DNA from: Candidatus Nanosynbacter sp. BB002 | GTDB lineage: Bacteria > Patescibacteriota > Saccharimonadia > Saccharimonadales > Saccharimonadaceae | Length of the DNA: 32,000 bases | Direction of reading: 5' to 3' | Assembly (NCBI RefSeq): GCF_037013405.1 | Contig: NZ_CP146064.1 | Span: 150,001 to 182,000, forward strand | Part shown: in pieces, positions 1 through 5,706 of the stretch | How the letters are laid out: every line of letters begins with the position of its first letter | How positions within the stretch are numbered: position 1 is the stretch's first letter | Translations under genes and position numbers: made by a program | The notes under the pieces: generated by a model | Told to the model about the DNA's origin: nothing | Databases searched by the model: none | Seen by the model: only the letters and a program-made list of their open reading frames with translations

Positions 1-124
1 CATCTTGCCTGATATATTGATAGGCGATGATGCTAATTGTTGAGAGGATAGCAATAACAGAAATGATGATGATCATCTCCACTAAAGTAAACCCAGGCTT
101 ATGAGAAAAAGTACTACGTTTCAT
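1..124 (-). CDS. Type IV pilin/pseudopilin-like protein, N-terminal fragment (gene runs off the window start)
   Basis: Reverse-complement translation from the ATG at 124-122 gives MKRSTFSHKPGFTLVEMIIIISVIAILSTISIIAYQYIRQD. This is a short basic leader, a G|FTLVEM prepilin cleavage/N-methylation motif with Glu+5, then a hydrophobic helix. It is absent from the ORF track because it is truncated. Confidence 0.75.
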   Translation of the reverse strand, partial: MKRSTFSHKPGFTLVEMIIIISVIAILSTISIIAYQYIRQD

Positions 125-160
125 GTGTCTAGTGTATCATGCTTATACTTTTTTGACAGC

Positions 161-190
161 TTGCAAAATGACCCCATATTCCTATATACT
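161..190 (+). promoter_or_regulatory. Candidate sigma70-type promoter of ftsA (TTGCAA-18-TATACT); ATG lies 8 nt after the -10 box
   Basis: TTGCAA at 161-166 and TATACT at 185-190. The ftsA ATG is at 199 and no SD lies between. Confidence 0.4.
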
Positions 191-198
191 GTAAGCAT

Positions 199-1428
199 AT
201 GCAAGAACAATCTCATTATGCGGTAGGAATTGATATCGGCACGAAAAAAGTGCGATGTGTTATTGGACATATTGACGAAACAACGGGCGTGCCGAGAATT
301 ATTGGAGTGGGACAGGCTCCCAACAGCGGGATGCGTAAAGGTGTGATCACGCACTTGAATGGGCCGGCAGCGGCGATTGATACGGCGCTTGACGCTGCAG
401 AGCGAATGAGCGGACATCGAGTGAATCAAGCTGCTTTAGGTACTAATGGCGTGCACATCATCAGTACTAGAGTAGACGGTATGGTTGCTGTTAATGCAAG
501 CAGTAGTGAAGTGACGGAAGACGACGTAGCGCGTCTGGAGAATGTAGCGACAGTTGGAAAAGTTCCTGCAAATCGTGAGATTTTGGAAGTAGTTCCGTAC
601 GAATATCGATTGGATGGGCAAGATAATATCAAAAACCCGATTGGTATGACTGGGACGAGGTTGGAGCTACGAGCAAATGTTGTCTCTGGGTTGGTGCCGC
701 ACTTGGGGAATTTACACAAGTTGGCGGAGATGTCCAATATTGATGCTGTCAGAATAGTCCCAACAGTATTGGCGAGCGCTCAAGCGGTATTGAATGAATC
801 TCAGATGGAAAATGGTGTGGCTGTGATCGACATCGGGGCTTCCACGACAGGAGTGGCGGTGTTCGAAGAGGGTGACTTGCAGCATCTTTCAGTTGTTCCG
901 ATGGGCTCACAGAACGTCACCAATGATTTGGCGATTGGTCTTAAGGTTGATTTGGAAATTGCTGAAAAAGTTAAGTTGCAGCATGGTGAATTGGGCGGCG
1001 AGACTACGGGCGTGATTGACATTAAGCACGAGAAGGAAACGCAGGTTTTTCACCGGGCAGAAGTTGCAGAAATCGTTGAAGCGCGCTATGAAGAAATTTT
1101 TGAGCTGGTCGCTAAGGAACTGAAAAAGGCAGGTGGCATTAGCAAAATGCCGAGCGGAGCCGTGTTAGTTGGCGGTGGCGCTAAAGTTAAGGGCTTGGCT
1201 GAATTTGCCAAAGAACAGATTGGGCTGGCAGTGAAAATCGGCAAACCGCAGGACTATGCTGGCATGACTGATGATATCAAAGATCCAGAGTATGCAGCGG
1301 CTATAGGACTAATGTTGGCAATGTCCACCAATCCGTCCCGCTCTGAAGGAACTCATGGTAAAAAAGCTAGTAAAGTTGCCCAAAAGGCTGGCGGATTCTT
1401 AGGTGGGTTATTCGCAAAATTCAAATAA
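199..1428 (+). CDS. ftsA: Cell division protein FtsA
   Basis: Actin-fold motifs AVGIDIGTKKV and VLVGGGAKVKG. C-terminal amphipathic membrane-targeting helix GGFLGGLFAKFK. Lies immediately upstream of ftsZ. Confidence 0.95.
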   Translation: MQEQSHYAVGIDIGTKKVRCVIGHIDETTGVPRIIGVGQAPNSGMRKGVITHLNGPAAAIDTALDAAERMSGHRVNQAALGTNGVHIISTRVDGMVAVNASSSEVTEDDVARLENVATVGKVPANREILEVVPYEYRLDGQDNIKNPIGMTGTRLELRANVVSGLVPHLGNLHKLAEMSNIDAVRIVPTVLASAQAVLNESQMENGVAVIDIGASTTGVAVFEEGDLQHLSVVPMGSQNVTNDLAIGLKVDLEIAEKVKLQHGELGGETTGVIDIKHEKETQVFHRAEVAEIVEARYEEIFELVAKELKKAGGISKMPSGAVLVGGGAKVKGLAEFAKEQIGLAVKIGKPQDYAGMTDDIKDPEYAAAIGLMLAMSTNPSRSEGTHGKKASKVAQKAGGFLGGLFAKFK

Positions 1429-1489
1429 ATATGACCACTCCAGGGTCAAAGATGATATACTGGATAGAGATTAGAGGGGAGATACAATA

Positions 1490-2680
1490 ATGCCACAAAT
1501 ACAACCAAGCGAAGTTCAGACATTTGCTAGCATCAAAGTTGTTGGTGTTGGTGGCGCTGGTGGTTCAGCAGTCAACCGCATGAAAGACGCTGGCCTCAAC
1601 GGTGTGCAGTTCATCGCTATGAATACCGACGCACAAGCGTTGCATAACTCAAAAGCTGACGTCAAAATTCATTTGGGACATTCCACGACAAACGGTCTTG
1701 GTGCTGGTGCTGACCCAGCTGTTGGTGAAGCAGCCGCTAATGAATCACGTGAAGAAATTCGTGCCGCTCTTGAAGGCGCCGACATGGTGTTTGTGACGAT
1801 TGGTGCTGGTGGAGGAACAGGCTCTGGTGCTGGGTATGTGGTTGCTGAGATTGCTCGTGAGTTGGGTATTTTGGTGGTTGGTGTTGCAACACGACCGTTT
1901 AGCTTTGAGGGTGAAAAGCGCCGAGTGAATGCTGACTGGGCGATCACTCACTTGGGTCGACAAGTTGATACGTTGATTACCATTCCAAATGATCGCTTGC
2001 TGCAGACAATTGATCGGCGCACTCCGCTATTGGAAACCTTCAAAATCGCTGACGATGTATTGCGTCAGGGTGTGCAGGGTATTTCTGAATTGATCACTGA
2101 ACATGGGCTGATTAACCTGGACTTTGCTGACGTGAAGGCTATCATGAGCAATGCTGGATCGGCCTTGATGGGCATTGGTCGGGCGAGCGGTGAGAATCGA
2201 GCAGCTCAGGCGGCCCAGCAGGCAATTGAGTCGCCGTTGATTGAAGTGTCAATTGATGGCGCTAAGGGTGTGTTGTTCAACGTTACTGGTGGCTACGACA
2301 TGAGCATGGCAGAGATTCAGGAGGCAGCTGAAATCATCACCAGTGCGGTATCACCAAATGCAAACATCATCTTTGGTGCGACGTTGAAGCCAGAAATGGA
2401 AGATGATTTGGTGATCACGGTCATTGCTACAGGATTTGATAGCGAGACCTTCCACGACAGGGACGTAACGCTTGATGTGAACCCAGTTGAGACCAACTCT
2501 AACAATTTGGATGAAGAAATGGTGCAAAATATCGACATGGAGCTAGAGCACAAAGAAGCTGCTGAGCATTTTGCTGCTGAGGATGACACGAATATTTGGG
2601 ATAATCCACCAGAAGATGAGGATGACGACGAAGACGACACCCCAGCATTCTTACGCCGTCGCAAGAAGAATAGGGAGTAG
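1490..2680 (+). CDS. ftsZ: Cell division GTPase FtsZ
   Basis: [15 protein letters not shown] and the tubulin signature [11 protein letters not shown]. Acidic linker (EDEDDDEDD) and conserved C-terminal peptide [17 protein letters not shown] lies upstream. Confidence 0.97.
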   Translation: MPQIQPSEVQTFASIKVVGVGGAGGSAVNRMKDAGLNGVQFIAMNTDAQALHNSKADVKIHLGHSTTNGLGAGADPAVGEAAANESREEIRAALEGADMVFVTIGAGGGTGSGAGYVVAEIARELGILVVGVATRPFSFEGEKRRVNADWAITHLGRQVDTLITIPNDRLLQTIDRRTPLLETFKIADDVLRQGVQGISELITEHGLINLDFADVKAIMSNAGSALMGIGRASGENRAAQAAQQAIESPLIEVSIDGAKGVLFNVTGGYDMSMAEIQEAAEIITSAVSPNANIIFGATLKPEMEDDLVITVIATGFDSETFHDRDVTLDVNPVETNSNNLDEEMVQNIDMELEHKEAAEHFAAEDDTNIWDNPPEDEDDDEDDTPAFLRRRKKNRE

Positions 2681-2683
2681 TCT

Positions 2684-3133
2684 ATGGGAGCAGTAAATAT
2701 TGGTGACAGTCGGGTGCTTGAGTCGCGTGAAGTTGCTGGCGGTATGGCAATTCGCCGCCGCAGAGAAACGGCTGATGGTAGGAGATTTACGACGTACGAG
2801 CGGATTGAAAAACCAAACTTAGCAGTGCTCAAAAAGAGCGGACGCCGTGAACTGTTTGACCGGTTTAAGCTATCTTCAGCGGTACACCAGTCAGTTGGTA
2901 AGTTTTTCAAGTCAGAAGAAGAGGTTGAGCAAATTGTCAGCGCCGTTGAAGACGCTTTGTATGCGTTGGGAGAATCTGAAGTGCCGTCAAAGCAGATTGG
3001 TGATGCGGTTTTGGACGCTTTGGCTGATCGTAATGAAGTGGCGTATGTTCGATTTGCCAGCGTGTATTATGATTTCAAGACACTGGACGAATTTGAGAAA
3101 ATTTTAGCTCAGCAACGAGAGAAAAGGGATTAA
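2684..3133 (+). CDS. nrdR: NrdR-like transcriptional repressor (ATP-cone) with a degenerate, cysteine-free zinc-ribbon region
   Basis: 149 aa, collinear with NrdR: DSRV...RRRR...RFTTYER, then an ATP-cone (KKSGRRELFDRFKL...EVPSKQIG...VAYVRFASVYYDF). The positions of both CxxC pairs carry no Cys. An in-frame stop (the ftsZ TAG) lies one codon upstream of the ATG. Confidence 0.8.
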   Translation: MGAVNIGDSRVLESREVAGGMAIRRRRETADGRRFTTYERIEKPNLAVLKKSGRRELFDRFKLSSAVHQSVGKFFKSEEEVEQIVSAVEDALYALGESEVPSKQIGDAVLDALADRNEVAYVRFASVYYDFKTLDEFEKILAQQREKRD

Positions 3134-3135
3134 CA

Positions 3136-3393
3136 ATGCGCGTTGTTGTTGTGTACAAAACAGAGAGCGACCACGCTCGCACAGTGTTTGATTATCTCAG
3201 GGATTTCAAAAATCAGACAGGGCATGATCTGGAGGAAGTCAATCCGGACTCGGCGGCTGGCAGTGATTTCTGTAGGACATATGACATTGTGGAATATCCG
3301 ACGATCATTGCGTTAAGTGATGGTGGCCAATTACAAAATATGTGGCGGGGAACTCCGCTACCGACAATTAGCGAGGTAAGTTTTTATGTTTAA
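3136..3393 (+). CDS. Small thioredoxin-fold protein lacking a CXXC active site
   Basis: 85 aa with a beta-alpha-beta pattern and a cis-Pro-type loop (VEYPTIIAL) typical of the thioredoxin fold. The expected CXXC site reads YKTESDHAR. Overlaps the downstream VKOR gene by 8 nt. Confidence 0.5.
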   Translation: MRVVVVYKTESDHARTVFDYLRDFKNQTGHDLEEVNPDSAAGSDFCRTYDIVEYPTIIALSDGGQLQNMWRGTPLPTISEVSFYV

Positions 3394-3994
3394 GAAAGTG
3401 CGAGATTGGTTATTTCATGAGGACTTGAAGCGGCGACATCTGTCGGCACTGGCGTTGCTGGTCGGAAGCGCATTGGGGCTATTGGCGTCACTGGCTTTGT
3501 CAATTGAATCTTTAGTATTAGCCAAAAACTCAGAGGCGGTTCTTAGTTGTGACTTAAACTCAGCGCTGAGTTGTTCGGCGGTTGCCAATCATTGGTCTGC
3601 AGCGATTTTGGGTTTTCCAAACAGCTTTATTGGCCTGGCGACCTTGCCGGTGATGATTACCATCGCCGTTGCCCTGTTGGCAGGGACAAAGTTTCCGAAA
3701 TGGTTTATGCAATGCGCGCAAATTGGCGTAATTGCGGGGCTTCTCTTTGCCTTTTGGATGTTTGGTATGAGCTATTTGGTGATTGGCGCACTGTGCCCGT
3801 GGTGCTTGACTCTTGACCTTGGTATGATTTTGATTTTCTTTGGTATGACACGGTACAATGTTTTGGTTAAGAATATACCTGGTAAGACCTTGGGTAAATT
3901 TGTTGATCGCGGATATGATATGTTATTTGCAGCAGTTTTAGTAGTTCTTGCCATGATGGCGATAATCGCCAAGTTTGGTGAGCAGTTGTTCTAG
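3386..3994 (+). CDS. Vitamin K epoxide reductase (VKOR) family membrane oxidoreductase, a DsbB analogue
   Basis: Multi-pass membrane protein with a loop cysteine pair (CDLNSALSC) followed by Ser-rich SAVANHWS, and an intramembrane CPWC redox motif. Confidence 0.75.
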   Translation: MFKKVRDWLFHEDLKRRHLSALALLVGSALGLLASLALSIESLVLAKNSEAVLSCDLNSALSCSAVANHWSAAILGFPNSFIGLATLPVMITIAVALLAGTKFPKWFMQCAQIGVIAGLLFAFWMFGMSYLVIGALCPWCLTLDLGMILIFFGMTRYNVLVKNIPGKTLGKFVDRGYDMLFAAVLVVLAMMAIIAKFGEQLF

Positions 3995-4040
3995 ACGTAT
4001 CGCCCTATTTTACGAAAGCATTATTGCAAATTTTTTTACT

Positions 4041-4068
4041 TTGGTAACGCGTGATCATATGTCATAAT
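4041..4068 (+). promoter_or_regulatory. Candidate promoter (TTGGTA-16-TGtCATAAT); ATG at 4075 lies 6 nt after the -10 box
   Basis: TTGGTA at 4041-4046 and an extended -10 TGTCATAAT at 4060-4068. This supports ATG 4075 as the start rather than the ORF-track GTG at 4051. Confidence 0.45.
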
Positions 4069-4074
4069 AAAGAT

Positions 4075-4758
4075 ATGAAGAAAAACTTTCTTGTCAGAGC
4101 GTTCTTTGGTGTTACCATTGTAGCGCTCGGCGGGGTTCTGTTACTCAGGAATCTCGAAATTATCAAGTTTGATAGCTGGAATGTGTTCTGGGGAACGGTT
4201 TGGGCAGCCGGCCTAGTGCTGGCGGGGCTGGTGACAATAGTTAGCTCCCGGAAACTGCTGACGCGGGCGTGGGGCCTGCTATTGATGGCCGCTGGCGTGT
4301 CGATTGGTTTGAATGCGTATGGCGTCATTGATGTTAGTATTTGGAAACTGTTTTGGCCAGTGGTATTGATCGCTGTTGGGTTGATGATGGTGTTTAGTAT
4401 TGGGTCCGCAAATCGCAAGCGAGCCGAAGAATCGGGTACTAATGATAATGAAAAAGTGGCGATTTTTTATGGTGAAGAATCACGAGTGAGAGGTGATTAC
4501 ACTGGTGGCTCACTGACGGCGGTATTTGGCGGCGTCGATTTGGATTTGCGCCAGGCAAAGATCAAGGATGGTACGGTGATTGATGTCTTTACCTTTTGTG
4601 GCGGCATTAATATTAGTTTGCCTGATGATGTGATTGTCGAAAACGAGGTTCGCGGTGTTTTGGGCGGTAGCGATGATAAGACTGTACCGAAGCCTTCTGC
4701 TAAAAAGACAATCTATCTGAAGGGCGAATGTGTCCTGGGCGGCCTGGAAATTAAATAA
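4075..4758 (+). CDS. Membrane protein with a LiaF/YvqF-like C-terminal domain (cell-envelope stress module-like)
   Basis: N-terminal half has about 4 TM helices. The C-terminal Gly-rich beta-type region (GGSLTAVFGGVDLDLRQAKI...FCGGINISLPDDV...GVLGGSDDK) resembles the LiaF C-terminal domain. Confidence 0.5.
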   Translation: MKKNFLVRAFFGVTIVALGGVLLLRNLEIIKFDSWNVFWGTVWAAGLVLAGLVTIVSSRKLLTRAWGLLLMAAGVSIGLNAYGVIDVSIWKLFWPVVLIAVGLMMVFSIGSANRKRAEESGTNDNEKVAIFYGEESRVRGDYTGGSLTAVFGGVDLDLRQAKIKDGTVIDVFTFCGGINISLPDDVIVENEVRGVLGGSDDKTVPKPSAKKTIYLKGECVLGGLEIK

Positions 4759-4762
4759 TCTC

Positions 4763-4791
4763 TTGGGATTTTGGTAAAAACGCGCTACAAT
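4763..4791 (+). promoter_or_regulatory. Candidate promoter for the T-box leader (TTGGGA-17-TACAAT)
   Basis: TTGGGA at 4763-4768 and TACAAT at 4786-4791. Overlaps an A/U-rich hairpin (4776-4808) that could also end the upstream gene. Confidence 0.4.
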
Positions 4792-4797
4792 GAGAGT

Positions 4798-5042
4798 AGG
4801 GCGTTTTTGCGTGTGTCTAATGAGGTTTTCTCTGATGATGTCAGCGCAAAATGAGCGGCTATCAACCGCGAAGCCTGCGGGAAGAAATCAGTTTTTATCA
4901 GCTGAGATTAGACCCCGCCGTGAGCTTGCGTAAATAGCATAAGAAAGAGCTAAAAGAATCACTTCTTTTGGAATCGAGATGGTACCGTCCGTTTGAAACA
5001 CCTCCAGCGGATTCTCGAAGACAGAAGAGGTGATTTTTGTTT
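4798..5042 (+). promoter_or_regulatory. T-box-like riboswitch leader (Ile specifier candidate AUC) ahead of the DUF4145-ileS operon
   Basis: GA/K-turn-like CUGAUGA (4832-4838) with CUGA (4902-4905). GAA-AUC-A at 4884-4890. Stem III hairpin AAAAGAA-UCAC-UUCUUUU (4952-4969). Antiterminator: UCGAGA (4974-4979), 7-nt bulge UGGUACC (4980-4986), GUCCG (4987-4991), 16-nt loop, CGGAU (5008-5012), UCUCGA (5013-5018). Competing terminator: CACCUC (4999-5004)/GAGGUG (5027-5032) plus UUCU/AGAA, then AUUUUUGUUU. Stem I could not be folded confidently by hand. Confidence 0.55.
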
Positions 5043-5052
5043 GAGGAGAATA

Positions 5053-5706
5053 ATGACAAAAATAACGTATTATCCACCGGAATACAGGAAAGATGAGTTT
5101 AACTGTGCATATTGTAAGGTGTTTGCACATCAAAAGTGGAATTATAATTATATATTCAATTCATTCTCGTCACTATTAGAGTTACTCGCTATATCGAAAT
5201 GTGAACACTGCGGTAGATGGTCTATCTGGATTGAGGAGTCTTTAGTTTATCCGGTGCAAATTACAGTGGAAGATCCGAATGATGACATGCCAGATGAGGT
5301 TAAAAAACTATATAGAGAGTCTGCTCAAATTTTGTCTATTTCACCCCGTGCGGCTGCAGCACTATTGAGGCTAGGATTGCAGATACTTCTCGGTGCTGTG
5401 GGGGGTGATGGTAAAAATATAAATAATGATATAAAGAAAATAGTTGCGTTGGGTGTTGAACCTGAAACACAAAGGGCTCTAGATATTCTAAGGGTATTTG
5501 GTAATAGTGGAGCTCACCCTGGGGAGATTAAGCTTGATGAAGATCCTGGCCTGGTGCACAAAATGTATAGGCTAATGAACTATGTTACCGATAGGCTTAT
5601 CACCCAGAAGAATCAGATAAATGAGTTATTCGAAGGTTTATCAGAGGGAATTAAAGATCAGATTGAATCACGAGATAGTAAAAATAAGGACAAGGAGAGA
5701 TCATGA
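5053..5706 (+). CDS. Zinc-ribbon + DUF4145-domain protein (accessory gene, function unknown)
   Basis: Start moved to ATG 5053 (MTKITYY...) behind SD GAGGAG at 5043-5048. N-terminal CAYC...CEHC zinc ribbon. C-terminal pattern SPRAAAALLRLGLQILL...ALDILRVFGNSGAHPGE matches the DUF4145 signature (R..gN.aaH). Visibly AT-rich. Its TGA stop overlaps the ileS ATG (ATGA). Confidence 0.7.
   Translation: MTKITYYPPEYRKDEFNCAYCKVFAHQKWNYNYIFNSFSSLLELLAISKCEHCGRWSIWIEESLVYPVQITVEDPNDDMPDEVKKLYRESAQILSISPRAAAALLRLGLQILLGAVGGDGKNINNDIKKIVALGVEPETQRALDILRVFGNSGAHPGEIKLDEDPGLVHKMYRLMNYVTDRLITQKNQINELFEGLSEGIKDQIESRDSKNKDKERS

Noticed and set aside
2317-2910. 197-aa minus-strand ORF with a poly-Ser run
   Set aside because: It is antisense to the acidic ftsZ tail (GAT/GAA/GAC repeats read as Ser on the opposite strand) and to nrdR. 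It is a mirror-frame artefact.
4776-4808. Hairpin AAAAACGC-N17-GCGTTTTT as the terminator of the LiaF-like gene
   Set aside because: Not rejected outright, but not called. The stem is mostly A-U with only 3 G-C pairs and a 17-nt loop, and it coincides with a TTGGGA-17-TACAAT promoter candidate. The two readings cannot be separated from sequence alone.
4855-4900. Possible SRP/4.5S-like or other small RNA in the 290-nt gap before 5053 (GAAGCCUGCGGGAAGAA)
   Set aside because: The conserved SRP domain IV motifs are not present. The region is better explained as stem I of the T-box-like leader.
4888-5133. 81-aa minus-strand ORF, and the ORF-track start at 4993 for the DUF4145 gene
   Set aside because: Both would run through the antiterminator and terminator structures. 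ATG 5053 has an SD (GAGGAG) and follows the U-tract.
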